From: Camelus dromedarius
Taxonomy: Eukaryota
Direction: 5' to 3'
Assembly: GCF_036321535.1 (NCBI RefSeq)
Contig: NC_087436.1
Coordinates: 90,212,001 to 90,276,000 of the forward strand
Length of the DNA: 64,000 bases
Part shown: positions 38,283-52,199 of the stretch, piece by piece
How the letters are laid out: every line of letters starts with the position of its first letter
Numbering within the stretch: the first letter of the stretch is position 1
Translations under genes and position numbers: made by a program
The notes under the pieces: generated by a model
Told to the model about the DNA's origin: nothing
The model's input: only the letters and a program-made list of their open reading frames with translations
Databases searched by the model: none

Positions 38283-39699
38283 AAAGTAGATGTGTGAAGG
38301 CAAGGATACATGAGTGTGTTTTTAAGTATGGAGGGGGAAGTCATTAAATAAGAGACTTCTTCTGAGTAAGGTGATTAGACATATATCTTGTACAAACTTT
38401 TACAGCAGATTGATCTGCTGTAAATGCATACAAATGAACAGCAAATTGATACAGTTAAAAGTATCCATTCTGGGACTCAAATACCGGTTCTTTTTTAGTT
38501 TGTGTTCTTGTTGTTGCTGTTGTTAATTGACAAGAAACAATTGGAGCCAAGAAGTCTTTCTTCATCTCTAAACTTCCATTTATATGTAAGAGAAATATAA
38601 TCCCTAATAACAACATTTCTAGGAATGGTAGACCACGTGGATACTACAAAATTTCTAATGGAAGCCTTATTTAGTCTTTTGAAGTGTCAAGGCAGTTGTG
38701 ATGGTCTCATTTTGAAAGAACTAAATGAATGTTAGCAGTTAACAGAGAAGACATGAGAACACTTCATCACAAAAGAAGATATAAATACAAATTTTGCCCT
38801 ATATATGTCCTCTTCAACAAGTAAAAGTATGCTATACAACTTTGGAAATGGGAATTCATTAACTAAAAGAATGTTTAATAGTCCCTTTTGAGGTTTAGTT
38901 GGAGAAATAACTTACACAGAGCATTATTTTTAAAATGTTTATATACATAAACATCACTTGGGATTAACTGTCCATCCTTTTTTCCCCTAAAATAGTCTCA
39001 CTTAAAAATTAGTCTTTATTTTTTGTAAAAACTATTTAATTTGGGCACTGAGTAAAAACAACTATAATTATACAATAATCAATAAGAAAACATCAATGAA
39101 ACATACTTGTATATATATATTTTTATTAGCTTTGGGTGAAGTAGCACTTTCTTTAAAATTTAGTGGGTTGTCACACATAAAGAAACAGAACACCTAACAC
39201 AAATACTAACTTTGTTACCCAAATACTGCTTAGTTCAGCCCCTTTTTTTCCCAACCAACATCACATCTGAAAGATAAATCAGGTTGAACTCTTAGCAGCA
39301 GGAGAGATCAGCACATGAGAAGTAGTGGTTGCTGTCTCTGCACTGGTGACAGGTAACAGGCAATGCTTTGGGTTTTCAGCTTCTGTTACAGAGTATTTCC
39401 ATGCACAGGGAAAGAAACCACATCAGCAAATTAGGCAACTAAATAAACTCTTGGAATTCCATTTACTAGGAGGATTTATCTTCATTGTCTTTCAGAGATA
39501 CCCCTAATTTGGACTTGAATCCTCCAGCAGTCCTGTAGTCCACTTCTGCTTGGTGTTGGCATTTCACACAGAACCAACTATAAATCAGGTCTGTTTTGTC
39601 ATTGTTGTTGTTTGGTTATCTATTCATATATAAGTCCCCATTAATTAATCTGTAGCTATAGAGTGAGTGAGGGTAAGTAATATAGCTGGATTAATGATG

Positions 39700-40400
39700 A
39701 ATCGCTGTTGCGTCCATCGAACAGCTTAGGCTGTATGTTCACAATAGTTATCAGGGCCAAGTCACAATCCCAGAGCTATTTCTGAAAGGAGAGCAATTAT
39801 CTAAAGAGGAGTGCATGAACTTCCTCCAAAATTCTACTTGAATTTGCCAGAAGTTCCAAGTAACTTTTTTTTATTTGCCATAATTTTGTTATCATTTGAC
39901 CTGTTGGGTTACACATTCTAAATTGCAGTCACTTGAACTACAGCCTGGTCCCATGATAAAGCCTTCTCTTGCTGAAAGCCCTACTCAGAGACAGAAATCT
40001 TACAATTTAGTAAGTGGATCAGAGCACCACTGTCAAATGTAGTACATGTTTCTTCTTGAATGTAAAGACTTTCTGTGTATCTTTTACTGTGGTAAATTAT
40101 TAATGAATTGGCCAAACATTTTCACTCTGTAGGGAGTATTCTATAAAGCTCTAGGTGACTTATCTCACTGGAGGTTTGGACAAACTTTCAGTTTGGAGAA
40201 CTTTCATAGTTCTCACTCTTACATTCTGACAAACAGGTCTTACTACAGATTGTAGGCCTTTTCTACTGTCTCTTTCTTAGGTCCAATTTGCATAATTTTA
40301 TCAATGAACTAGATTAGCGTGATAGTCTATGGAATGTCATGATAATGACACTTTCATTGACAACAATATGGCAGAAACAAGTGAGATTTTAAATCTCTTT
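39700..40400 (-). mobile_element. ERVL internal pol (RT/tether) remnant
   Basis: Minus strand 40279-40323 translates ITLI*FIDKIMQIGP, compared with ERVL RT ITLVHYIDDIMLIGP. Confidence 0.72.
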
Positions 40401-40899
40401 AATCTTTGTCCACATTTAAAGGTCTTTGCAACTTGGACGTAGGGGATACTTGGAGGAAAAAAAAAAAAAAAAACACTTGTCAGATGTTAGATCCTTATCA
40501 GAGCCAGAGATTTTCTTAGTTTGCTCCAGTATATGTCAAGCAGCTGTCACTGAAGTCATAATCAGATTTTGTAATAATTCTTAAAAATTCTTTAAATGTA
40601 TGCCTAGGATAAACAAGTAAGTTACATAGGAATGTGATAAAAATATTACCTATGTATCATTCTCTAGAAATATTTTTCCATGCACAATTGGAATCAAAGC
40701 CAGTGGTGATTACTCATTATAATAGTATATATTTTAATGATTCAATAAAGGCTATAAGACCCAAAGGGTTTGAGGGAGAGATCGATATATAGGGGATAGA
40801 CAGATGGATGGATGGGTAGATATAAATAAATGCAAATAATTTCCCTATAGTAATTATATAGCATATGCTGATGTAATATGCAGCATATTAGTTTTCAGA

Positions 40900-41465
40900 T
40901 GGATTACAGTTTTAAAAGTAAAAGCATAATAAAAATAAAAACACTTCAAAATATCTTATCTTGGGATATATGTAATCTTTCTAAGCAAGGCAGAAAAAAG
41001 AAGCCATATTAAAAAAAGATAAGGATATTTAAATATATTAAAATGGTTTAAAAACTAATCTATAATCTATAAATATAAGTGAACTATATTGGTAAGTTAG
41101 AAAATTATTTCAAATTTAAAGTCCATGTAGCAAATAAATAAAATGGTTCCCAGCTCAACCTACAGTATTAACATTAATTGAGATTAATAAAAAAATATAT
41201 GAAAATATTCTGCTTAATTGCTTTAGGGAGAAGTAAACATTTTCACACATTGATGAAAGGAGGGTCTCTATTTATATGTTACCCCTTTGGAAGGAATATG
41301 GCAACATATATTAAAAATCAACTAATATTCTTTAACTGTACTTTTGTGAATTTGCCATCAATATATATAAATATATGTACAAGTCAAAAATTAACAATAT
41401 GTTTATATGCATATTTGTAGTTTTCCTAGTAACAATAGCCCATAATATTTTTGTAATTAAAAAGA
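40900..41465 (+). mobile_element. Very old L1 (L1ME-like) ORF2 3' fragments
   Basis: ctttctaagcaaggcagaaaaaagaagccata and ctttggaaggaatatggcaacatatattaaaa. Confidence 0.5.
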
Positions 41466-42597
41466 AAACTGAGGGAAATATTAAAAACATTTCTCACAGC
41501 TTCTCAAATAGTAAATACCCAAGAAATAGGATTTCACACAATAACAAATAAGTTAACATTTTGGTTTCACTAAGTGTGAAAAAAGGAGTAAGAAAATTAA
41601 TAATTTCAAATATATAAATGGGAAATTTAGTCTTTTAAAATCAATAAGCCTCTTTAAATGTCATAAAACTATCATACAAATTTATTTTATCAGGAAATAT
41701 GTTAAGCCCCAAAGATATATGACATTTTTTTGCCCATTTAATTAGTTTGAAAATTGTTAATTTTTATGGAAAAATATGAGTGATAGGAGATGATTTTGAG
41801 GACACATAATTACCTTCATTCATATTTTTTCTATTTTAATTTGCAAAAGAAGAAAGAATTCCTATGTAAATACATGAATTCTGGAAAGATTAGCCCCTGA
41901 TGCCTCTTCTTTATGCTGCTCAGTCCATCTCTGCTAGTTAATGAATAGATAATGACCAATTTATTTGTGGCCTCCAGAGAGACCACAATGTAAGTATCAC
42001 AGTTCTATGAAAACATTTTTATTATGTGCATTGCTAGAAGCCAAAATAGAATTCACAAAACTTCTAGTATATGCTGAATTTTTGCTGAAAGACTGACACT
42101 TCAGTGTAACTTCTTATTTTCCACACTCTGAGTATCGGCTCCGTATTGCGTTCTTCAGGAATTAAGAGTGGTACATGTGAGTCCATCTTTCAGGAGATCA
42201 TTGTATTAGTCACTTAAAGTGCAATGGATTATGACTCTAAATCAGTGATCACAAACTTGGTAGCTTTAGATGAAATGAATCATGTAGATCCAGCTCTCAA
42301 TGACTCATTTTTAAGTTACACAATGCTTAATGACTATGCTCAGTTTTCTTTGCAAATGATATAAACTGAAATAACTACATTCATTATCTGATATGGGTGC
42401 TCTAGATTTTATGTTTCTATAAAAGTATATTCATTTTCATAGTTAAAGACTTCCCCCCTATTCAATATTAGAAGTATAGAGCATGGTCTATGACAGCAAC
42501 TCCAAAGCAAGTTCTATGCAAAAGAAGCATAATAGGAATTAGAGCATAAACTGTGAAGTAACTACCGTGGAGGAAGTGAAACACTCAAGATGTTTAT

Positions 42598-43080
42598 GCT
42601 CACTCATCAACAAATATTTGTGGAACACTTTCTCTATCAGACTGTACTAAAGGACTGGTCTAAGTGCTCGGACTACACAAGTGAATAAAACAGCCCCAAA
42701 TCTCCACCCTTAAGAGGCTTTCTCACAAATGGGTGAGAAAATAAGGGAGATAAAGGCACATAGTAAGTGTGTATTACATGTATGTATATTATGTATGCAA
42801 AATTTTAGTTGATAAATGTTAAGGAGAAAAATAAAGTAGAAGAAAGGGAAAAGTGTAGGGAGTAGGTGAAGTTTTTGTAAGTTTAGATTGGGTTAATCTA
42901 AGAAAGAGGATATTTTAGTAAGGGCTCAATAGAAGTAAGGGAAGAAAATACATAAATATGTGGGAAAAGAAAATTCTAAGAAAATGAGAGCAAGTGCAAA
43001 GGATCAGAGTAGGCATCATACCTGATCCATCCAATAAATGAGAAAGTCGGTGTTTTTTGAACAGTGTGAGAGGAACAAAA
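42598..43080 (-). mobile_element. L2 3' end
   Basis: cactcatcaacaaatatttgtggaacact...agtgaataaaacag...gcaagtgcaaagg. Confidence 0.75.
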
Positions 43081-43122
43081 TAATAAAATAGTTAGCTAGG
43101 TAAAGTAAAACATTTTTAAAAC

Positions 43123-43623
43123 TGACAAAAGCTTTGGTCAATTTTTAGTCAGTTGACCAAAATTCAGTCAGGCTTCTCTGAGCCCTCTTCTCAACCAGGC
43201 CTCAACTTTGAGCTTCTTTGTCTATCCTTGTCCTTGCAAAGTCCAGTTTTAGCAAGAAGTTTGCTAAGCCAGTTTAAAGGGAATCCTCCCACATACAGTT
43301 TCTGATCACACTCAGTATCTGATCAAGTTCCTCATTTCCGACCTTCCCCCAAGTAATATCTGATCATTCCGGCCCTGTATCCAGCAAGAATTGTGTTAGA
43401 TCAGTTTAGCAAGAACTCCCCCTAACCCTGATGTCTCCTCTTAGTAACTTTATATCCACCGACCCCTGCAACCTGCCCCTTAACTGTAAATCCCCACTGT
43501 TTTTGGTGTATTTGGAGTGGAGCCCTACGTCTCTCCCTTGTAGTGACACCTTGACACCTACTGCAAAATTTGAATAAAGCCTTCCTTACTAGTTCAATAT
43601 GTCAGAGTATTTTTACCTTAACA
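43123..43623 (+). mobile_element. ERV1 solo LTR (MER31-like)
   Basis: TGACAAA...ttgaccaaaattcagtcaggcttctctgagccctcttctcaac, repeated cagtttagcaagaa, AATAAA, ends ttaaCA. Confidence 0.85.
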
Positions 43624-46407
43624 GGGTCATTATCAATGTTAATGTGTATACTGACTTCAAAAAGCTAGAGATAACCTATGAAAACCCAATAAAAGCAATG
43701 CAAATCTATGGAGAAAAATTTAAAATGTGATTTTAAAAAATAGTGGAACTGCTTGTGTTGGGTTATTTAGGGCTCAGTGGCTAAACCTGGCAGCATGTAT
43801 TCTCCTTGACATTAGAAATATTTTTTTAAGTTTTTTTAAGTTGAAAAGCTAATATATATAGGTGATCATGTAACAATAACATTTAAAAATATTTATTGCT
43901 GAATAAGACAAATGCTCACCTCACTTATAAAGAAAGATATTGGATTGAATGCTGCTGGATTGTGGAGCTCTAAGGATTGCTCCCAGTGGGAAAGTAATTG
44001 TTACAAAGGAAGTATTGATGGTCCACAATGGGGGTCTGATTTTCAAAATGTATTTAAATCATGAAGTGAATGCTCCTCAAAGAGAGAGAAAAATAATAAA
44101 GCTCACTCCATTGCTGAGCAAGGGGAAATCTACTGGCAACATATAGGAAGAAAAAAAGTGCTGAACCTAAAGAGTGTGTTAAAAGGCCAAGCAAACAGAA
44201 AATATATATATATATATGCATGGGATACTGAATAAAAGAAGAAACAAACAATCTGCAAAAGTATTAACAAAGCCTTTCATAGAAAGCAGTTGATACAAGC
44301 TGTAGGCAAAGACTGAGGATTTGAAGTGTATGAATTCCAGGCAACAAGAGTGCTAAAATATACATCTATAATTTTGTTCCAGAACAAAATGGAATGAGAG
44401 TGGTGCAGAAAACAGAAGCTCAGATTACACTACAAAAGAGATTACTTAGTTGCCTGGCTCCCCGGTTAATGGAGTGCATCAGTCTGAGGAACTGGAAGTA
44501 CATAGCGGACTTCCATTAGAGAGCCTCTGTAACTGGTGCAGACAGTATGCTTGCACAGCACAGCAACAGGATACATTCCTAATCAGTCCTCTGTGTATGT
44601 GAATGTTTAATTTTAGAGTTGGAATTGTCTTCTAAAAAAATCTACTTGATTTTAGTTAAAATTCTGAATTAAAGGGTCCCTCTTTTTGCTCTTTTCAACA
44701 GTGCCCTACTCAGAATGATCTCTGCCTGGCAACACAGTCAAAATTCTGGTTTCCAGAAAGAGAGAGAAAAATAGGCTTTACTCCCTAATGCCGCTGTCCT
44801 CTTACGCTTTTTATCCTACCCTGAAAACAATAGTTTTCAAAGGGGTCAATTATTTTGAATTGTGTTCAGATACCCTGTTCAACTTCATCTCAACCTACTT
44901 ATGAACCAGGTAACACATGGAATGATTAATTCAATTAAGTAATTTTAATAATGAATAAAGTTTTTCATGACATAGTTGATTAAAAGTTTTGTTGATTTTT
45001 ACAAAAATGATTAAAGTCAGTAACTTCTCTGAGCTTTTTTGAACTATTCCTCTATGGAAAACCTCCCACTGCTCAGTGTGAAAATTATTCTTCCATTTTC
45101 TGTTATGATAATTTATCAATGGAACCCAAAGGAAGTTAACAGTGAGATAGAAATGCATACTTTGCACGTATGGCTTAGATCTTTCCCATTCTGATTTGCC
45201 ATAAGAACTTGTTATGGAGCTCCTCTGACCCTCTGCCACTCCTAGTATATGAGGCCATGTGCCTTCCAACATGGTAACTGGGAACGCCGTATCACTTAGG
45301 AGCACAGTTATTTTCATTTATATTGATAGAATTCCGTGAGAAATGGCTAGTAGTTTCTGCTACTACTGCTAGCTGTATGCTCGGGCAAATTTGAACCCCA
45401 AAGCATTTGTTATTTCCCTAAAGGGAATAGGTTTATAATCATGGATAGGACTCCTAACCAACAACTCATCCCCTCTCAGAACCTTAGGCATTGGGTGTTC
45501 AATTCTGTGACTTACTCTTTCTGTATATAAAATCAGCTCCCTTGAAGATCTGGGTACACATTTCCCTAAGACTGGGTCATAGTGCAAATTAAAGGAACTA
45601 CTCAATATCAAGCTCTAAAGCATCTCTTCCTGATGGTGATTACCGAATTAATTCAAATGACTTCATAGTTCCGTGTTTAATCAAAATTAATGAATTCATC
45701 ACCAGTGCACTGATTTATTTGTGTGATTAGAACTAAAAAGGTCATTCTCATCATTTTTCACCTCTTTTAATCTTGGTTTCTCTATTAAGGAGAGTAGATT
45801 TAATGCCTCTTGAAAAGAGATGTTTCTTTTCCTTGTATTGTTTGAATTAATTTAATTCTTTATGAATAGATTTTATTCAGCATTTCAATGAGCTTAAAAA
45901 GGATGCAATATAAGGGACAGCCAGTGTGTATCTATTTTCTCTAAAAGAAAGTCCTGGGGAATAGTTATATGTCCTCATAGAGCTTTCAGAACACTTCTGT
46001 TACTGTGTCTGACAGTGTTTAAAAATATCCCTTTAAGGGTCCATTTCCTTCCCCCTTTTCTCTCTCCATTGAGTCTGAATTTGTAACCAAAAGGGAATCT
46101 CTGTTATATATTTTATATTCTCTGTAAGTAGTGAATGATAGCCCTTAGCAGTTGCTCAACTTTATTTATTGACTAAATGGATGGAATGATTACATCACAC
46201 AATTGAATTATAAACTAATTTATACTTTCTATGTCCTACAACTGTTTTTCTTATGCCAGGAAACTACTGCCTTCCTCAAATCAAGAAGCTAGTTATCACA
46301 TAGTAGTGAAAAGTTAAAGGATAAGAAATGTGAAAACTTGTGTTATTTCCTGTTAAAGAGGTGAGAAGAAAACAGAAGCCAAAAGACATATGAAGGGTAC
46401 ATTTTTT

Positions 46408-46890
46408 AATTAGATTTATTCTGCTGCTATAACAAACCACTACAATGTTGACCATTTAAAACAACACAAATTTACATTCTTACAGTTCTTGAGGTCGAAA
46501 GTCCAAAATGGGTCTCACTGCAATAAAATCAAGCTGTTGAGAGGGCTCTGCTCCTTCTGGGGTCACTAGGAGAGAAGATGTTCTCTTGCCTTCTCCAGCT
46601 TCTCAAGGCCACCCCCTTTCCTTTGCCGTGGCCCTCTCCCTACGTTTTCAAAGCCGGAAATTTGGAGCTGAATTCTCCTCATGTTGTCGTATGTCTGAGT
46701 TTCCACTTTGTTCCCCCCCTCTTCTACTCTTTTTAAGGTCCTGATTAGATTGAATTTATAACCTAAGATACTCTCCCCACCTCAATCTAACTACATCGAC
46801 AGTGTCCTTTTTGCCATTTAAGGAAACATATTCCCATGTTCCAAGGATTAGGACATGGACAACTTCAGGGAGTCATTATTCTGCCTAACA
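46408..46890 (-). mobile_element. MaLR LTR (MLT1C/D-like)
   Basis: gctgctataacaaacca...ttaaaacaacacaaattta...aagtccaaaatgggtctcactg...gattaggacatggaca...cattattctgcctaaca. Confidence 0.88.
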
Positions 46891-47379
46891 CTTACCCTAT
46901 TCCAGATTGTAACACAATGGTTTCCCCACCAGGGAAATAATTTTGAGACACATTCTTCTTTATAATGCAAGGGAAGAAGAGAATGCCATTCAGTGAGCAC
47001 CAGCCATGTAATAAGAAGTAATCTGTTACATTCCCTTAAATTATCACAAGAAGCCATTACACATATATACATATTTAGCATTTTCCATGTAACCACCTTT
47101 CCATGTGTAAGGTTCTGGGCACAATGTGTTTCCCTAGACAGACAGGGCTCCCTTTCATTCCCTAATATTCTAGTGTGTTTGATGTTAATAAAAACAAATG
47201 AGCAAACAAAGACAAGTTAATTGCTGCTGAGAAATGTTTTACAAAGAGAACAGACATTGTAATTTATTATAAAGTCATAAGGTAAAGTGAGGTAAAGGCT
47301 TACTTAAGTAATGTGGACAGTTTTTTTCTCTTTTGTATTAAGACTTAAAAATGACAAATATTCACAAGAGACCTAATGT

Positions 47380-47500
47380 GCCATTACTGTCACTTTATAG
47401 TCAAAATAGCAAGGACTTAATTGAATAATCTGTCCTAGGTCATATGGCTACTATAATGGCAAATTGGAATTCAAGCCCAGATCTTTTGACTGAAAGTAGA
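47380..47500 (-). mobile_element. MIR fragment
   Basis: tgtcctaggtcatatggcta...ggaattcaagcccagatc..tgact. Confidence 0.6.
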
Positions 47501-47557
47501 ATGTATTATTGTTCATGAAGCCTAACTGACATTAGGTTGTGGCTACTTTAAGTTACA

Positions 47558-47805
47558 GCAACAGTTCCCAACTAGGGGAGGGGTGGGAGCATATGAATTC
47601 ACATGCCCTCTTCCCAGAGGATTTTTGGCAATGTCTGTGGACATCACTGATTTTCAAAACCTAGGTAGAGGTGCCAAGAGCATTTAGTGGGTCAAGGACA
47701 AGGATACTGTTAAACATTCTACAGACACAGAACAGTCTCTGCCCAAACAACAAAAAGAATTTCCACCCCAGAATGTCAGTGGTATTGAGGTTGAAACAGT
47801 CTGAT
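47558..47805. mobile_element. MER20 hAT-Charlie MITE
   Basis: ttggcaatgtctgtggacat...catttagtgggt...gatactgttaaacattctaca...aatgtcagtggtattgaggttga. Confidence 0.85.
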
Positions 47806-47921
47806 TTATATGGATGTGCTGAACTGTGGCAACTTTAAGAAACTGGCATGTAGTCACTCTAGAATTGTAGAAATGAACCTACATAATCAATGCAAAGCAT
47901 ATGCAAAGTTAGGTATCCATT

Positions 47922-47970
47922 AATGATGATGGTGATAACAAGGGCAATGATGATGATGACGATGATGAAT
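47922..47970. repeat. Imperfect (GAT)n microsatellite
   Basis: Directly visible. It explains the poly-Ser ORF 47909-48097. Confidence 0.85.
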
Positions 47971-48499
47971 ATGAATAGTTATATACTCTATAGATAGGAA
48001 GAAAATGTGACAGTGGAAAGAAGGCTTGATTTGACAGAAGGCTATACTCACATACTCTGGGTATAATTTCAGTTGACACATATGACTTGGCTGTCAAATT
48101 TTATTGCTTCTATAAAGCCCAATGACCAATGTCAGTCTAAATCAAATATTTATCTCATTCTATGTCGAAAGCCTCAAATCCTTTTTTTCCCTCAGATCAC
48201 TGACCAACAGACCATTGTGACTTGTGCTATTTTCACTGACAATCTTGATTGGTGTTGTGCAGGAATTTGGTGAAGTTCATTGTTAAAGACTAGTCTTTCA
48301 AGGTGCAGCTGGTGAGGAAGATGGTAATATCTTACATTTATATTGTGCTTTACAGTTTTCATATACATATATATATGTATATGGTTTTATTTGACCCCAC
48401 TGAATTCTGTAAATTACTTGTATCAGTTCTGTTCTATATTCTTTTTACTCTTTATGCTCTTTTTAGTGCCAAGAAATATTCTGATGGATCACCTGTTTG

Positions 48500-51400
48500 C
48501 CAAATTTAGGCTTATCTGTTCACCATTTTATATGAGGGAACTTACATCCTCCTAATGATCAGGGTAAATCACCCCTTATAAGGAAAGAATTACCTTCCTT
48601 ACTTTTTGACTTTTGGTATTAGAAGCCTAAAGTGACCAACTGGTAGCTAAAGTTAAAAGTTTAAGTAACTAGCTATTTCCCCTAGTAGAAGTATTTCCAT
48701 TCTAAGGATTGGGACCTCTAAACTTGCAGAGTTGCAGAGATAGGCATCAAAAATTCTACAAGTGGACCAGTGGAGTGATGGTTAACAGAGTCACTTATAT
48801 CTCTATCCTTGGCTCCTAGACCCATGTATTTTATTTATTGAAGAAACAGAACAATAACATTGTTAATTTAAGGTGCTTTGACATCCCAGGGGATAGTGCC
48901 ACAATCTTGCATTGTGTCAGCTCTATGCTGTACCTTAGCTGCACCTTTGAAATACTTTTTTATTGCTTTGTTACTCCTGAGGCTTCTCGTGATGTGGTAT
49001 GTGGTAGAAACAATGGATCCCATGGCCCTGTGTGCCCAGTCAATGCCACGCCTCCTTCATTGTAGTGTATTCATTGTTCTAACGCATTGATTCTATGTCA
49101 ATGCATTAAACACTCTGTCATTCTGTAAAAGTGGTGCTGCCTGAAGCCTTACAGGAAAGAAAAACAGTCAGTGTTTACCAAGATAAACTGCTGTCCCTTC
49201 CAATGTATAAGGGGAAAAATGTATTCAATTTACCACTAAGTAACAGTTTACTTCTTTGATGGATGGAGTCATATTGGTCTTTCTCATTGGCAGGTTGGAT
49301 ACTACCTAAGTAAGTTTATCCTGTAGGAATTATGGATGACCCCTATCCCTGCCACTATGGCTTCATAAAGATAGAAGATGTTAATTGGCAAAGTCATTTT
49401 GTTTAATTGGTTGTTTAGTGCTTCTATGGTGGATGCTCTCTGGTGGGGGTTAGCATGCAAGACCCAAATCTTTACATTTCCTTCCTGCACAACAAGTCCC
49501 TTCACCCCTGCCCTCCTTCCAGTTATCCAGTTTTTCTCTCTCCAGTTGCCTAACTATCCAAGCTGCTCTCTGCTGTTGATAAGTGATAACTTTGGCCATT
49601 TTTCTTTTCATCCAATGTGGATAACCAAAACTTCAGCCTGAAGATCTTCCCATTGGGAGAATGTCCCATCAACCCAAGTGAGGCTGTAATGCATTCTTCA
49701 GCTGTTTTAACATACTGACCGCTGATCTGCGAACAGAACTTGAACTTTTCCACATTCATCAGCTAATCATAAGTGACTTCACACACAAAACAGTCATAGC
49801 CAAAGTGGTAGATGACATGGAAGTCTTAGCTATCTTTTGTGTGACTTCTGGCTCTGCTCATCCCTGATACTAGATTTGTCACTTCCATTTTTATAATATA
49901 TTGCTCGTAGGTCCATCCTAACTTGTGACTTGGTGAACCTGACAGAACTCAGTACATGGACAATTTGGGCCTCATTGTTAGTTTATGTCCCCTGATTAGG
50001 AACTCCATCTCTACCAGTAGCAAGACAGGATTTTTCTAATCTTATACAATTCCATGCTACAAATGGCATGAGTTTGCTCCACCACCTCAGAAACCTTCAC
50101 TTTGCTTCTATTTTATTGAAGTTTCTTCCAAAATTCACATAACAGTTTTTCCTGCCACATACATCTCCACTATCACAGGGCTCTTCAGGTGTTACAAGCC
50201 AAGAGTCAGAATTGTTTACATCAGAGCATGGAGCTGCTACACAAAACTTTATTATTATTATTTTTTAATCTGAGGTCTACAAAGAACAAGAAGCTCTCTG
50301 TGGCACTCAGTTTACGAACTAGAGCTGTATTTCCAAGTGTAGATGCATTTTGCCAAAACTTGAAGGAAACTAACAGGCATTTTGCTTCCTTCTTAGATGT
50401 GTGAGGAATGAGATGAAATAATTTGTCCTTTGCTTTGGATGTCCTCACAAACCCCAGGCATCAAAATCTTCATTAATGTGATATGTCTTGGAGTATCTAT
50501 AGAATTAATAGACCACTCTTCCAGTTCATCCATTTCAAATGGCATGGTACCACTGAGCCAATGGACTAACAGGCTGTTCTATGGAAAATCCACATAGTCC
50601 AGGTCCTGTGGACTTACACTGTGGCAGGGTGAGACAGTTAATACGGTACCAGCACAGGCTGTAAATAAATATGGTTTCTATCACATACGAATTTGAACTG
50701 TTTCTGAGCCTCCCTCCTGATAGAGATGTAAAATAATACAGTGTACCTTAAACTGTGATAACTTCCTTTACAGAAACTATTTGCGTTTTCAGTAGTCGAC
50801 CATCATCCTCCAGGTTCATCTTGGTTTTAAAGGGGGCAGTCACTACTGGGAGACTTAATGGGAGTCTTAAATGGGATGATGGCAGTCCCTACTGCTCATC
50901 CTCACCCCTTACATCTTCACATAGGACACTAATTTCTTCAGTTCTCTTGGAGATTTTATTTTTTGTATTTATCTTCAAAAGAGTGAGTCCATTTTAGAGG
51001 CTTCTATTTAGGCTGTCTGACTACAGTAGCTCTTACTTCACTGGCAAGTGAACCATAGTGAGGTTTCTGAGAAGTACCAAGTATTTCTTTTTCTATTATA
51101 TATACCTAGATGGGAAAAATAACCAGTGGGTGTGCCAGTGGATGTACAGCACATTAGACTTTGTACAGGACTTCATTCACTAGTGCCCTATATGTTCCTA
51201 CTCTAACAAGGAGATCACGCTTTGGGTACCAGACATTAATGTCAACAGTCCAGCAGTCTTTAAAGTGGTGGTGTCTCTCTGCCCTCTTGTATGCTTAGCT
51301 AACTAAATGGCTGTAGGCTGGAAATCCATTATGATATATATTGCAATAGAATGGTAGTCTTTCACTTTGGCACATGAATTCTCTTCCAGTTGACAGGTTT

Positions 51401-51915
51401 TTCATCGGAAAACCAACCCCTTGAAACTGGGCAATAGATTTTGCCTCTGGGGGGAAGTTGTCCTCATCTTCTTGACCATCCATTCTTGCTTTCTTTTGAT
51501 GTTGTGGATTCAGCACCACTCTTGCTGGCTGCCTATCCATCTTGCCTAGGGGATATAATTTTCTTTTAAACATCTCTGTATGTCTTTGTGAGTTAGAACC
51601 TTCTAGCTGCTGCTCACCCTTGCTTTACAATTTACCTATCTTCTTTTTGGTAATGAACTGCCCCCACACTGCATCCATGATTTCTGGATTCTATCATTCT
51701 CCTAACTATCAGGGAGCTGATCTCAGTCTGTAATAAAACCTCTCACCATCATCACTGGCTTAGGGAGGACAACCACCACTGAATTTCTGAATCGTGCTAG
51801 TATTTCTCTCAGAAACAAATTTCTTAAAACTTTGGCCTTAGCCTAGAAGATAGACAGGATGTCGGATTTCAGCTACATGGAGTATATCCATTTATATCAT
51901 GGCAATTATCTAGGT
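48500..51915 (-). mobile_element. ERVL-class internal sequence (gag-pro-RT-RNaseH-IN remnant)
   Basis: ORF 51295-51573 KMDRQPARVVL (gag). WRMMVDY near 50790-50815 (RT). ORF 50221-50448 DKLFHLIPHTSKKEAKCLLVSFKFW. ORF 49302-49505 HANPHQRASTIEALNNQLNKMT (RNaseH end). The RT YIDD position has decayed to WLSG (50549-50560). Confidence 0.88.
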
Positions 51916-51924
51916 CTTCTTAAA

Positions 51925-52190
51925 AAACAGTTTTAGTGAGGCATCCTTTATTCATAATAAATCACGTATGTTTAAAACACATATTCTGATAGTTTTCTGA
52001 CATACTCATACCTGTGAAACCAACACCACAATCAAGATAATAAAAATATCCATTCCCCAGAATTTAATTCAAATCAACCTCTCTCCTTCTATAACCACTA
52101 CTACATCCTATTTCCATGCTAATAATGAATTTCTTTTTGTCACTACAAAGTTAGCTTTCAATTTTTTTGAATTCTAAATGAATGGAATCT
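51925..52190 (-). mobile_element. Old L1 3'UTR (L1MC/MD-like)
   Basis: cctgtgaaaccaacaccacaatcaagata...ttgtcactacaaagttag...aatggaatc. Confidence 0.75.
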
Positions 52191-52199
52191 TTCACAGAG

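Noticed and set aside
44680..44915. Acceptor (ttttcaacag) and donor (cag/gtaaca) pair as a coding exon
   Set aside because: All three frames contain stops and the donor is weak.
44931..45317. Longest ORF in the track (128 aa, minus strand)
   Set aside because: It has no recognisable domain or supporting gene structure, and its length is plausible by chance in 64 kb.
50440..50600. Apparent deletion of the ERVL RT YIDD motif
   Set aside because: On re-reading, the segment is present but decayed (LLVHWLSGTMPFEMDELE aligns with TLVHYIDDIMLIGPDEQE).
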